A stretch of 64,000 nucleotides of DNA, taken from positions 1,550,001 to 1,614,000 of the forward strand of contig JBLDXI010000054.1 of the NCBI GenBank assembly GCA_047495785.1, in the 5' to 3' direction. The translations under genes were made by a program, and so were the position numbers. The notes beneath the pieces are model-generated. The model made no database searches and had not been told where the DNA came from. It saw only the letters and a program-made list of their open reading frames with translations. This document shows positions 49,597-63,143 of this stretch, in pieces. Source of the DNA: Lepidodermella squamata. Its lineage: Eukaryota > Animalia > Gastrotricha. Within the stretch, counting starts at the first letter, position 1. Each line of letters begins with the position of its first letter.

Positions 49597-49655
49597 ATGG
49601 ACTCACCGTGAGATGTGGATGTGCACGCTCTTGGACGGCTGGAGAGTATATAAGA
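49597..49655 (+). promoter_or_regulatory. putative core promoter of Ly6 gene 1 (TATA box plus paralog-conserved block)
   Basis: TATATAA at 49647; gatggactca(c/t)cgtgagatgtgg(a/g)tgtgcacgctct conserved upstream of both Ly6 paralogs. Confidence 0.5.
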
Positions 49656-49766
49656 ACATAGCCGCACCACACTTGATTATCTGTTCACCTCAAGTTCATA
49701 TACGTCGATTACTTGTCACGCGATTATCATCTCTCTACTACGAAGTCATCAAACTTTATCTCAAAA

Positions 49767-50249
49767 ATGCTGAAGCAGCAACTTCTCGGTATTTGCGTTG
49801 TAGCCTGGATCTACTTTTCCTTCTCACGTAAGCTATTCCGTGAATGATTTAACTGTTATAACGAAATTGATTCGATAACAGATGGTTTAACCTGTATTCT
49901 ATCTGGCTCATCTCTCGGCTCCAGCGCGTCTACAACATGCAACGTAACCTCAGGATATTGCCAGGTAAACTACTTGGAACTTGGAATGCAAGCTACAAGA
50001 CGTAATTTCTTCACTTTTCAGAAAGTGGTAACGAATACACTTGGCATTGAAACGATCGCTAAAAACTGTGCTTCAAGCTGCTCGCAAACTGTCAACGTTT
50101 GTACGATTGGCGCTTGCGTTAACACGTACTGTTGCAACAATGTCGATCAATGCAACTCGGCCTCGCTTAATATGCAGAAAATGACAATCGCAACAGCGGC
50201 CGTAGTTTCAGCTAGCGTAATATTCGTGACTCTCGCTGAGAGGCGTTGA
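49767..50249 (+). CDS. Ly6/uPAR (three-finger) GPI-anchored protein 1 (123 aa)
   Basis: Exons 49767-49827, 49882-49964, 50022-50249; signal peptide, LTC start, CCxxxxxCN end, hydrophobic C-terminal tail after NSAS. Confidence 0.88.
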
Positions 50250-51412
50250 AATCCGTCAGTATTCCGTAGGATGCTTTCATAGTCGTTATTGTTTGTATTG
50301 CTATAGCGTTTTCTATTGACAATGTAGCCGGATAGTGTTCCTTGTATAATAATATTGAATACTCCATGACGGCTTGCGCAGTTAGCATAATTAGCTGGCC
50401 CCAAAAATAAATTTGCAAGTTTTTCCGCCTTTAAGGTTTTCTATGCTTCTGGAAAAGACTTTCTAGTCCTCAATTCGATATTTGCTGCAACCAACGAAAC
50501 CTTCAGCTATTTTCACACGGCTCTCACCGCCATGACGACGAAAACCGGGCTATGGGAATACAGCAGTATGCAGATGCAGATGCACGCTACTATCCGCTGT
50601 AGCCTATATCACTGCTGCTTACGGTGATACAGGAGTGTTAAGATGCTGATAAGCTGCGAACGGAGACGTTGCATATCGAATATGCTACCGAGCAAGACAT
50701 CGGCTTCAGGAAGCATGCATCTCAGCAGTTAGGCTTTTCATTGTCACTCCCGCTGTTTTTTAGCTCCGTTTGCGATTTATTCATATGGGCCAAGCAGGCA
50801 AATGATGCCATTATCAGTCACCGATAACCAGACGTTTTACGCACCAATTTGCGGACCTTTTGATTACAATGTTGGGCCGATAGACATTGCAGTTTTCCGT
50901 GTTATGGTTGCGCTATTTACAGCTACTGTTCAAGGTGTGTTACTTTCTTACAACTACTGTTGGTTATTTGTAACCTGAGCGTGGAATTTTACGGAAAATT
51001 GGGCATAATTACGCCTTATGGTATTACCACCTCCTAGGCTATAGGAGTGTGTAGTGTGCAACGACAGCAACTATGGCGTCCATCGACGGGGTAAATTTTA
51101 ATTCGCGAAAAGATATTTTCTTATTCCGATAGATTCCGACGGTAGAAGATATTTTGTTCCGCGTAACAGAGACGTTGTTCCGATAGAAACATCTACGGCC
51201 GAGATGGTTGTAGCCCCTAATAGCTCTATGCCTGCGCCAAGGTGTTCTCGGAATGGGCGAAAAAGTTGCGAATTTTAAGTTTCCATCACACACGCGCTCT
51301 ATTGGCTGGCATGGTTGAAATCTCCTAACCTGAATTTATTTTTCCAATTCAATTTTTCCACGATTATTGTAACGCATCTGACAGAGCAGTAAAAACTGAA
51401 TATTCAATGTTA

Positions 51413-52034
51413 CCCAGCACAAGGCTGGTTGGTGCTGGACGTGTGCTAGACAAAGCTGGGTTGTGCTGGATAGTGCCTATTAAAAGTGTGCTGGACACGC
51501 GATTTGCTATCCAGCACTGACTCAAGAATCATTCAGCACGAAGTCGTGTGACACACCTCATTCATCCAGCACGGTCCTGAAAATGGACTCAAACAGCTAA
51601 ACAAATTGGCAAAGTCATGAGCGCGTGCTGGAAAATAGTTCAAAGCAGGCAGAGTCCACAATTCTGAGAATCAGGTGTGGCAGTAAATAAATACTTAGAC
51701 ACTGAAACACAGTAAATGGTGTTAGAATTTGGCAGGTTAATTCTGTACAAATTCTGTACAAACTAACAGCGGCCGCTGTAGAAATACGCCGCCGAAATCG
51801 TCGAAATCGGCTTCAGAAATCGCGATTTTGGCCTGTATCCAAAACCCGTCAATTTTGATACAGCGAATCCGGTTGTGAAGCGGGCTTGCTAGCGCTCGTG
51901 CTGGATGGGTGCCGAGTTCGGCTCACGGAACTGCCGCCTCGTTTTTCACTTTCAATTAAGCGTTTCCTGCACTGTCCAGCGATAGTGCTTTTAGTGCTGA
52001 ATGCTAGGGACTGGTGCTGGATAATTGTGCTGGA
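51413..52034. mobile_element. non-autonomous DNA transposon with repeated ccagcac/gtgctgg subterminal motifs
   Basis: Ends ta|cccagcacaa and ttgtgctgga|ta; many internal copies of the motif in both orientations. Confidence 0.7.
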
Positions 52035-52872
52035 TATAATTGGAAATATTCATATCTCAAATTTGTATGGATCAGATTATTTAGGATTATTTTAATGAAT
52101 TGTTATGACTTTTGTAAATATGCGCGCGCGGACAAAAGTCAGAGTCGTGCCCGTACATGGTTTTGATATGAAAAACCGCGCGCGGGAATTAGGTTAACTT
52201 TTGAATTTAACGGCGGATTTTATATCTAAATAAAATTCATAAATAATAAAGAAATAAATTTAGAACCGATTGAACCGATATGGAGTTCTCGCTCGAAAAA
52301 TGCAGAGTGATTCTTTCTACCTGTGCTCAAAAATGTTCGTATACATGGGTGCGCGCATTACCTTTAATGCCGTGAAACATTTTCGCTTTACATTTTCGAG
52401 CGAAAACCCCATATTGCAATTTGACAGAGCTGAGATTTGGATAAAAATATCGGATCTCACAGTTTACTTTTGGCAGTTAAGGTGTTAAGCAACAAGAACT
52501 TGCTAATTCAAACGTGATCATTCAGCTTCAATATTTAATCTATAAAAAAGACATAACGTGTTATAGTTCGTGAGTAATAAGTTCGTGCTGGAAAAACTGC
52601 ACTAAATTTGTCTTCATTCAGAGTAAATGCTATGCGTTCGTGATTCTGTTGGGTTTTTTTTCGCGGTCAACCCGCTGCGGCTAATAGACTACGGCGTGAT
52701 GGCACTGATGATGGACTCATCGTGAGATGTGGGTGTGCACGCTCTTTGCCGGCTCGAGAGTATTTAAGCTCATGGCCGCACTACACTTGATCATCTGTTC
52801 ACCGTCCACCTCAAGTTCATTCGTCAAGCGATTTAACTGTCCTCTGCAAACTCATCAACGTTGTTCTCAAAA

Positions 52873-53344
52873 ATGCTGAAGCAATTTCTCGGTCTTTGCG
52901 TTGTAGCCTCGATTTGCATTTCCCTCTCACGTAAGCTATTTCGCCGCTAATTTGCATGCTTTAACAAAATTGACTCGGTATAACAGATGGTTTAACATGT
53001 ATACAATCTGGCTCATCTCTCGGCACCAGCGCGTCTACAACTTGCAACATAACCTCAGGATATTGCCAGGTACTACTTGGAATCAAGGCCATTAGCCATT
53101 ACTAATTGATTCGATTCTGCAGAAAGTGGTGACGAGTTCGCTTGGCATTGACACAATCGCTAAAAACTGCGCCTCAAGCTGCACGCAAACTGTCAGCGTG
53201 TGTACGATTGGCGCTTGTGTCAACACGTACTGCTGCAACAACATCGATCAATGCAACTCAGCCTCGCGTAAGAAAATGACCATCACAGCAGCGGCCGTAG
53301 TTTCAGCCAGCCTAATCTTTATGAATCTAGCTAAGAGGTACTAG
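52873..53344 (+). CDS. Ly6/uPAR (three-finger) GPI-anchored protein 2
   Basis: Paralog of 49767-50249 with the same 3-exon structure and Cys pattern. Confidence 0.88.
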
Positions 53345-54655
53345 AATGCTTTCCGCGCACTAAACCACACTAAACCAGAATTTCTTATAAAAAATTCTTA
53401 TTATCATTATTCTTTGAATCGTTATGACTCTTTCCACTGAAAAATAATTCCAGGCATGATATTGCCGGAAAATGATCTTTAGTTGTTTGATGTGTTACTC
53501 CATGACAGCTTAGCTAACATTAATTATCAATCATTTTAGCCTTAGCTTTTTTCAAGCAATAAAAAAGAGTAGTTCCAGCTGGAAATAAAGTGTCTCCATT
53601 ATAAATTTCATTATAAATTTCCAAACATGCAGTTCACTACCTTGTCGTAAAGTTTTGAAAGCTAGACACTTCCTTAAAACTACTGGCAGTTCTTCAACAC
53701 GTTAGGAAATATCCGAAGTAATAACCCGTCCCACTTGTACCAAATACTTTGTGAGACCAAGAGGCTCAGTGGTTTGCTCGCGAAACCTTTTCCTAGAACC
53801 AATCCATAATTTCATTCCTGGCTTACGCATTGTTTCATGCTCCGGTCTCGTGGTGCTTCCGATTGCTCGCGCTTCTCAACAGCATCGGTCATCAAATTCT
53901 TCATTCAGGCTTCAGTTCTGCCGTGGCGTTGATGCTATTAGAGATGGTTGTTGCCCCTACAGACCCATGTATGTGCCAAAGATTTTTTCAAAATGGGCGA
54001 AAAGTTTTGATTTTTGACAATCAAAAGGCGACCCGAAATTTGACTCAGAATTTCCATTTTTTCTCTCAACATTAGCGAAACGGCGGATTGAAAAACCTAC
54101 GCGATGCACTGCGTTGTGTAAGATGTGTCAGAAGTATGTGGCGGAAAATTGTACCAGTCTGTCGTGTTGCCTTCCAGTCGATTAATAGATTGATTTATGG
54201 GAGCTAGACAAATACGCTCATCTTCGACTCCCCGAAAAGTGGAGCTTCCATCTAGCTATCCCACTCAAGAGCATCTCGCTCTCATTTAAATGTTTTGAAG
54301 CTGATCTCTAATTACAAACTAACAATACTGGAGTTGCATCCATCATCCATCATTATAGCAGGACTGCTGACTGCTTTTTCTTCACTTTTTCTTGTTTCTC
54401 ACTTTCAATTTCTACATCGGCATCGTCGTGAATGTCAACTCGCCGCCGTGAACATTACTACCAAATACCGCCTATCTCTATGAGGAGACACCCTGTCTGT
54501 TGAAGGCGCACGTTTCAAGTCACACAAAGACATACTCCCTTTATGGATTATAATTTCCAGCACAATAATTAAAGTAACTCCAACAGAATTCACATCAAAA
54601 TATCTGTCAGTCATTAAATTCCCACGAATCAGGTTTTGACTTTGACCTCTTAATA

Positions 54656-56438
54656 TCAGTAAAAGTCTCTCTCATACTGCTTTTCGTTGCAATCACGCCT
54701 TGGTGTTCCATCCGGGCAATCGCACATCATAGCAAAGCAACGTTTTGCATTGGCACAGTCACACATGGCTAAATGATAGCAATATTTCAAATAACAGCCA
54801 ATTTAAGCTGATTTCGTCCTTGAAACTTACGTTGAAGGCAATCTGGTCCAGATTTCCACTTGTCGAAGCACGTGCAGACATTTGGCGCGGTGCAATATGC
54901 TGCTCGAGAGCATATCGTGGAGCCACATAACTCTGAATTCGAGATGAAATATGAAATGAAAACTACACTCTCTATCAGTGGAAAGAGAATATGGTGATTG
55001 GTGATATTCCTTGTCCACCGGAGTCGAAGCACATCGTTAATGATTTAGGGTGACACTGGAATTTGCAATGTTAATTTAGAGAACAAAACACATTTTCGGC
55101 CCACAAATTGCGTTTGATTGTGTTTGCTCCAGTGTTTGAAGTCGAGTAGGCTCAATCCTAGAGAAGGCCAGGCCACCTCGAGGATCCTAGGATTCATTCG
55201 AGGATCGAGCCTTCTCGACTTCAAACACTGGAGCCATAGCTCAAATCGATTTCTCAACTCACGATTAGCGCAAGACGGGCCAGTCCAGCCAGCTTTGCAA
55301 GCACATTTATTGGTTCCAACGCAATCGCCATTGACACAGGCAGGGTTGCATGGGAATTTGAAAGGATAAACCCGAAGGTCCATTAGTTTCACAGCAAAAT
55401 GGGTGCCTTGATTGTAAGCCGCGACGAAAAAAACAGGATCAGCCATAGCTGGATCTGTGATTGGTAGAATGCTGCTGATATTAAGTGCAGTGTAGACTGA
55501 TAAACATGTAACATTTGTGCAGACGTCCATCCACAGGGTACTACCCTCTCTAACGACAATGCCGACGTGATGCCTTCCTTTTATCGAGTTCTGGTTGAAA
55601 TTGTGTGTTGGATTAGCATCTCTCGATGTATTGACGGTGGCGCTGACCGGAGAAGCAATGATTTGATACCTGCCGAAGTAGCTTCTCACAAGGACCATGA
55701 ACCCAGCAAATTTTGTAAAATTCAGCGGCGGAATGCTACCGACCCCCTTCTTGTATAACAACGAAGAGTTGGAAACAACGCCAAATCCATATTCATCGGT
55801 AATCTCTCCAGCTTGACTGTCCAACTGCATAGTTATGTTGATTGTGAAATCCGTCATTCTAAAGACCTGTTACGACGTCAAATGTAAAAAAGATATTCAA
55901 TTGAGTTGGATGTTAAAGACGATTTTCCTAACATTTCTGCTAGCCATTGTTGTGTACACGTTGTATTGATCATTTGTTAGAACAATCTCCCCATTGGAAC
56001 CGACAACAGTGAAGTTATTTACTGTCGATGAGTATATCCAATTCTTCTCTGCAGTTCGGATTAAATAAATTTCAAGACGTATAGCTACGAATCAACCTAA
56101 TACCATATACTCCATCATTTAGATAAGAAAACTTCGCCGAATATTGCCCTGGATCAGTCGCGGGTACGCCAATAACTAACATATTAGTAATAATTACCAG
56201 CTGTAATATAGGTTAAAAAAAAACTTACTCTGCGAGCAATCAGCTCCAGTGAACCTCGCCAGGCAATTACAGGTGTTTGAACTACTGCAAAATCCTCCTC
56301 GTTCTTGGCACGGAGGATTGCATTCTACAGAACGGCTAATTTCGATATTTCCTCGTAATTTTTCTATTACTCACGCCCTGAAACAGCAGAAGCCAGCACA
56401 AGCACTAAGCATGCAGTTGCAAGTCCTTTAATCGGCAT
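54656..56438 (-). CDS. secreted EGF + L-type-lectin-like + EGF-repeat protein 1
   Basis: Signal MPIKGLATACLVLVLASAVSG; EGF CNPPCQERGGFC...CSQ; beta-sandwich-like central domain; two more EGF-like modules and a 6-Cys terminal module ending QYERDFY*. Exons splice in frame. Confidence 0.82.
55126..55234. mobile_element. 109-bp palindromic MITE in an intron
   Basis: gctccagtgtttgaagtcgagtaggctc pairs with gagccttctcgacttcaaacactggagc; absent from paralog introns. Confidence 0.8.
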
Positions 56439-57853
56439 TTATTATTCGAGCAATAAATGCAAGACTTTATATTCGGAAAATTATGGAAATGTATTAAGGC
56501 GGTAGAATTTGTCCGACAAATTTTAGTTCACTCACACGGTATCTGCCAGGCAATTTTCAGTGTTGCCACGGAGCACATGGTAACGTCATCTCCCGGTTTG
56601 TCGATTTGTCGATGCGAGATGCAAGGTACACATTCGCGTGAGCGAAACGGTCGTGAAACGCCCACGTGCAAAAGCGTTCGAAATTAGGATGAAGAAAAAT
56701 TAGGGTAGACGAAACAAATGAACCTTTTGAAACCCAAAGCTTGGGAATTGAGATTGCCAGGGGGCCTCTGCATCAGCAAGAATCTTGGCACTCAAGAATC
56801 TTTTTTCTTCGTCCGGTTTCGCGGAATTCACGTTAATAGATTGACGACCTATTTAATTATTGATATAAATATCATAGATTAAGCTACCGCTGCGTGGCTT
56901 TAGTTCGTTAGGTGTAAGAACAGCGTCGGCTTGTTTGCTCATAAATCGATCGCCAAGTTTTGCTACATCGCTGTACCTGGAGGTCGATTCGGCAAAATCA
57001 ATACCGGCCAAAACAAGTAAAGCCTAATTTTGGTTGTCTGGAGATAGGGTAATTTTGAAAAGTTTGTGCTTCATCCTATTGGGGAGAAGAACGCAGATGC
57101 TGGAATCGACATGAAGAGGAGGAATCTATGCAGAGTACGAAGTAGGATCCTCGAGCTGCAGGCTGCAGGGTAGTTTCGTTATTTTCAGCCCTGAATTTAT
57201 CAGACTAAAGGGTGCCCCTGGTTTTTTTGGGGTTTTCTTGCCTGGACCTCTCGTGGTGGGGAGTACGGTACCCCTCGTACCTCCCGGTACTTTGCACGCT
57301 GAATATATGGCTGAATCGCTCTGAACAAGGGCTGATCATCAGACCTGTATCAATTTAAAACTGACGTTGTTTCTTATCAGTGCTGCATTCCATCGCAATA
57401 AGGTTTGATAGCTACGATAAGTCTCTGACTGTATCAGCTGAAGCTCTGCCCTGCCATGTTTACTGGGATATATGCTTGACTGGATTTAAATCCGAAATAA
57501 ATTAAGCTCCCAATCACGAATACCAGCTATATGCTATACGGTTTATCCCCACGAAATTTTAAATTTTATTTTCGAAGCATTCTTTCAGAGGTACGAAGCC
57601 GTGATGTGACACCTTGAACGAAGGCCGAACCGAACGGAGAGGGTGGGCCGCTCGTGCCAAATGATAATTGCTAATATGGCACCTCGGTTTCATGCCAAAT
57701 CGGAAAAAGCTGGCCTGTGTTGAGCCGCTTTGCCGTAGGCAGCTATCATTTTTCACGGTAATGTGAGTTATGTGAGTGAATGTGTAAGTTCCGTAACACT
57801 GAATTCCATTAATTCAGCTGAAAATTCGGTAATTCGAAAGATTGGCATCCTAG

Positions 57854-58242
57854 TACAGTAACACCCCGGTTTACGCCCTCGGGATTTCATCCATTTCGGA
57901 TTTTACGTGTGCCTTCAGGCGAAGGCATCATAATAAAATGCCTAAGTACACCCGACTTCACGCCATTCGACGACAAATTCGGATTTTACAGAAGATTTTT
58001 GAGCCCGCGCAACCACAACACCTCCGATTTTATGCCGAACTCGGATTTTCGTAAAGTCTGTGTTAGGCGCAGTTGTTTTGACTTTTTTGTAATACGAATA
58101 TTCTAGTCTTATCGTTTTCATGATCATAAACAATAATAACAATGGTAAACTAATTCGTGTCAAGTCAATGTTGAGTCAATGAAGGAAAGCATAAGTTCTT
58201 TAGCGGTTGCGAATTTCAAAAAGAAAATTAGATATTACTGTA
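57854..58242. mobile_element. pogo/Tigger-like MITE remnant
   Basis: tacagtaacacc ... gatattactgta ends, with internal (t/c)cg(g)atttt repeats. Confidence 0.45.
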
Positions 58243-58352
58243 GCTCGTAAGCAATGAGATGAAATATGTGACGAACGATACAATCTCGCTAGGTTAGATA
58301 AATGATCTGCTATTCCATCTCAAACTTAAATTCAAGTATTGGTTTCAGGCTT

Positions 58353-59916
58353 TTAATGCGAGTCATAATATTCTTTTTCGTATTGCTTTTTGTTGCAATC
58401 ACGCCGCTGCGTTCCATCTGGACAATCGCACATCATAGCAACGCATCTTTTCGCGTTGGCACAGTCGCACATGGCTAATTAATAGCAATATTACATTTCA
58501 TCAAATAATCTGCTGTTTTTCACGTAAATCTTACGTTCAAGGCAATCCGGGCCAGTTTTCCACTTGTCGAAGCACGTGCAAACATTAGGCGCCGTACAAT
58601 ATGCTGCTCGAGAGCATACCATGGAACCGCAGATTTCTGAAATTTACGTGAATTAGAATGATAAAATTGAATCGCATCCGTCAACTTACGGTTAGTACAG
58701 AACTGGCCAGTCCAGTCCGCTTTACAAGCGCAAGTGTTTGTGTTGATGCAAACGCCATTCGAACAGGCAGGGTTGCATGAGTATTTAGTCTTGACTTCTA
58801 AGAAACAGGAAGTAGATCCTGTTATCAAATCATGCTGGAATGACTCACCAAGTGGATAAACGCGAAGGTCTATTAATCTCACTGCATAAGGGGTGCCTTG
58901 GTTATAAGCCGTCACGACAACGACAGGATTATCCATTATAGGATCTGCGATTGGTAGAACGCTGTTGATATTAAGTGCCGTGTAGATTGCTGAACACGAA
59001 ACATTGGTGCAGACGTCCATCCACAGAGTACTACCATCTCTAATGACAATGCCGACGTGATGCCTGCCTTTTATCGAGTTCTGGTTGAAATTGTGTGTTG
59101 GATTAGCATCTCTCGAAGTATTGACGGTGGCGCTGACCGGAGAAGCAATGATTTGATACCTGCCATAGTAACTTCTCACAAGGGCAAGGAACCCGGCGAA
59201 ATGAGTAAAATTCAGTGGCAATAAGCTACCAGTCCCTTTCTTGTATAACAGCGAAGAGTTGGAAACAACGCCGATCCCATATTCATCGGTATTTTCTCCA
59301 ACCGGGCTATCAAAATGGATTGTTACATTGATTGTGAAGTCGGTCATCCTGAAGAACTGTTAGGCCGTGGAATGTAAAGAAATATTCTAATGACTTGAAG
59401 AAACTTAACATTCTTGCTGGCCATAGTTGTATATACGTCGTATTGATTATTCGTTAGAAGAATCTCCCCATTGGAACCGACAACGGTGAAGTTTTTAGTC
59501 GATGCGTATATCCAATTTTGCTCTGCAGTTTTTATAAAATGGTTTCAATTCATGGCTTCAGATTAAAATTATACCATATGCTCCGTCGTTTTGATAAGAA
59601 AACATAGGTAAAAATTGTCTCTGATTGAATTGAGAAACGCCTTTTACTAAAATAATTATAACAGCCTCTTTATTCTGATGATATAACAGGTGAATAAACG
59701 TACCCTGTGAACAATCCGCTCCAGTGAACCTCGCCAAGCAAGTACAGGTTTTTGAAGTACTGCAAAATCCTCCTCTTTCTTGGCATGGTGGGCTACATTC
59801 TACAGAATGGCCTTTTGTGCCATATATTCGCAGCAATTTAAATACTTACGTCCATAAGCAGAAGAAGAAATCACATTAACTAATAAGAAAGCAATTGCAA
59901 AACATGTAAGCATCAT
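58353..59916 (-). CDS. secreted EGF + L-type-lectin-like + EGF-repeat protein 2
   Basis: Signal MMLTCFAIAFLLVNVISSSAYG; same domains as paralog 1; extra intron before EGF2; ends QYEKEYYDSH*. Confidence 0.82.
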
Positions 59917-61154
59917 TTTATTCAAGCGAGAAATATGTCTTCGAACGATTCGTCTTAAACTGCTGCGTGGGTTTTCTCACGCGACACACGCCTGTCAAGT
60001 TGCGTGGTCGAAAACGGCAAGCTGTAGCATGGTAACCTCAGAATTGTTTGCTGGTGTCCGGTTATGATCGCGAAAAAAGACAATAGATAACAGACAATCC
60101 AGGAAACTTACCCGCATCTACAACAGCCCAAGACTTATTTTGTAAAACTGGGTTCCCCGTAGCGATCCAGCCCCCAACCCCTCCCTTACGCCTTTATGAC
60201 GGTACAGCTTACAGCTAAAAACATGCGTATTTATTCATGTTCCAAGCAGTGAGGCAATCATCTAACTTCCTTATTGAGCTATAATTTAGGGAACTTGATT
60301 CCGATCGAGCAAGAGTGACAAACCCCCGTCATACTTATACGAGGTTGAGGAACGAAAATCGAGGCTCATGCCTATGTCATTAGGGTTAGGAATATGATCG
60401 GATTGTTGTGCTCATCCACTTGGGATGGTAGAGATCATTACAACTATTTCAATCCGTCCGCACGGTCAACTCAATCAACGACCAAAGGGGGAGGGAGGGG
60501 TCTTATGTCGATATCCCTCATCCTTTCCAGTTCTGCTGCCCTACTTCGCTCTCTGATTTGAATCAACGAAAATCACGACTCTTATTTCCTGTGTCACCTA
60601 GGCCGACTTGTTGTTGGAACTCATAAAGCCATGTTTTTCCGTCAACTTAACGAGCCGAGGTAGATTCCTAAGGTAATATTTCTCATGCTTATACATTCTG
60701 GCGGCGAACTCGTTTTTTCGCCCACTTTTTTTGCTATTTTCGTGCGGTATCCGGTATTGATTTGTGTCGAGTCGACCTAGCCAGCCAACGCAGTTCTCAC
60801 AGCAATCGTCACGTGTCGACGGCAGCCAGCATCGCAGATGAATAGATAATTAAGATACACCAAAAATAATTCTGCAATATCATTTTTAAATTCATAAATC
60901 ACGATTCACTGGAAGAAAGTGCTGTTGATTATAGAAGGAAGAACCTTGTGAAAGCCGTAAGAATTTTTCCTTTTTCTTTCTCGTGTTGGATTATATGGGG
61001 AATCACGCCGGAGTATTGCAGGAAGCATACGACACACGTGTTTATTGCGATTGCCCACAACGAAAAGTAAAGTAAATTCAGCAGAATTGGCCTCAAAAAA
61101 TATATATCAGTCATTTCGCTGGTTCGCAAATTCACAACAACTGTCCTGACTTTA

Positions 61155-63143
61155 TCAATATAAAAAATACTCTCTTTCGTATTGCTTTTCATTGCAATCA
61201 CGCCTTGGTGTTCCATCCGGGCAATCGCACATCACTGCAACGCATCGCTTTGCGTTGGCACAGTCACACATGGCTGTTTTTGAGTAATATATCAAACAGT
61301 AGTCGATTCAAGTTGTTCTTTTCCATGAAACTTACGTTGAAGGCAATCTGGTCCAGTTTTCCACTTGTCAAAACACGTGCAAACACTTGGCGCCGTACAA
61401 TATGAAGCTCAAGAGCATACAGCAGAACCACAGATTTCTGAATTCGAAATTGCATACCGTTATTTGCTCTTCGAAAACTCATATATAATAGCTTATTCGC
61501 CTCAGTTTGTGGGTGAAGACGCTACGTCAATTTTCAATTACTCTTCACTAGTAAATTTCAACCCATAGACTGAAAAGGCGTTAATCTATAAATTATAAAT
61601 GATCCTAACCATTATTAGATTACCGTACTGCCCGGAAAAAATGTCAGCCTCGAGTAAATGGCAGCGTCAAAAATGTCAGAGGTTAGATGTCGTTCGAAAA
61701 ATTCGAGGAGGTAATTCCCAATATTTGAAAGCAAGCCTTTAGTATCATGGCGCGCGTTATTAATGTGGTTAAAAAGTTCAAATCAGAAAATTTAGAGTGC
61801 GACTGATGCGCGCGAGCCAAGTCCTGATGTTTCACAAACCCAATATGATCTTAAAGGCTTACTTTTAAATATCGGGTTTTTATACCGAAATTAATTCTGA
61901 CAATTCTCTATCGAAGAATATGGTGTTCACGAGCTCGGTGATACTGATATAGATATTCGATTTCGAGAGGTAGCTTTCTCAACTTACGATTAGTGCAGAA
62001 CTGACCAGTCCAACCAGATTTGCAAGCACATTTGTTGCCTACGACGCAATCGCCATTCACACAGGCTGGGTTGCATGCGAATTTGAAAGGATAAACCCGA
62101 AGATCGAATAATCGCACTGGAAAATACGTGCCTTGGTTGTAAGCCGTGATAACAAAAACCGGAGAATCCATGGTAGAATCTGTTATGGGTAGAAAACTGC
62201 CGAGATCCAGAGCAGTGAAAATTGCTGAACATGAAACATTGGTGCAAACGTCCATCCACACGGTGCGGCCGCCTCTAACGACAATACCAACGTGATGCCT
62301 GTTTTTTATCGTGTTCTGAGCCAAGTTAACTTTTGGCATTGCATCTTTTGATGTATTGACAGCAGTCCTGACTGGAGAAGCAATGATCTGATACCTGCCG
62401 TAGTAGCTTCTCACAAGGGCCAAGAACCCTGCGAAATTCGTGAAATTCAATGGCAAAATGCCACTAGTCCCTTTCGTATACAACAGAGAGGAGTTAGCGA
62501 CAACGCCGATCCCATACTCGTCAGTGTTTTGTCCAACCGGACTGTCAACGTGCACGGTCACATTGATTGTAAAATCAGTCATCCTAAAGAACTGTTGCAC
62601 CGTGAGAGTTATTGCATCAATTTAGGTGTAATGACGTTTTTACATGTTTGCTGGCCATTGTTGTGTATTCGTTCGTTTCGTTATTTGTTAGAATAATCTC
62701 GTTGTCGGAACCAACAGTGGCAAAGGCTTTTGTCGATGTGTATACCCAGTTTTTATCTGCAGTTCATTTTTGTGTCAAAGTTTTTAGCTTTGAATTAACC
62801 AATTACCATATACACCATCGTTCAGATATGAGAACATCGGCGAAAATTGTTCTGCATTAGTCGCCGGAACGCCAATAACTAACAGATTTTTTCACTCAAT
62901 TTATAGCTGTAATAAGTCAATGAAACTTACTTTGTGAGCAATCAGCCCCAGTGAACCTTGCCAGGCAGTTACAAGTGTTTGAAGTACTGCAAAATCCTCC
63001 TCGCTCTTGACACGGAGGATTACATTCTAAAGACAACAGCTTATTTGAGACAATTCCTCGCAATTACTCAGTTACTCACGCCCCGAAGCGGAAGAGGCAA
63101 GCACGAGCACCAAGCATACAGTTGCAATGCCTTTATTTAGCAT
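61155..63143 (-). CDS. secreted EGF + L-type-lectin-like + EGF-repeat protein 3
   Basis: Signal MLNKGIATVCLVLVLASSASG; same exon and domain structure; ends QYEREYFLY*. Confidence 0.82.

Noticed and set aside
52140-52488. piggyBac-like right end (ggcagttaaggtg-TTAA)
   Set aside because: No matching left end found in the window.
60480-60720. Possible LINE reverse-transcriptase remnant (LGIYLG on the minus strand)
   Set aside because: A single short motif amid stops and frameshifts; unsupported without a search.
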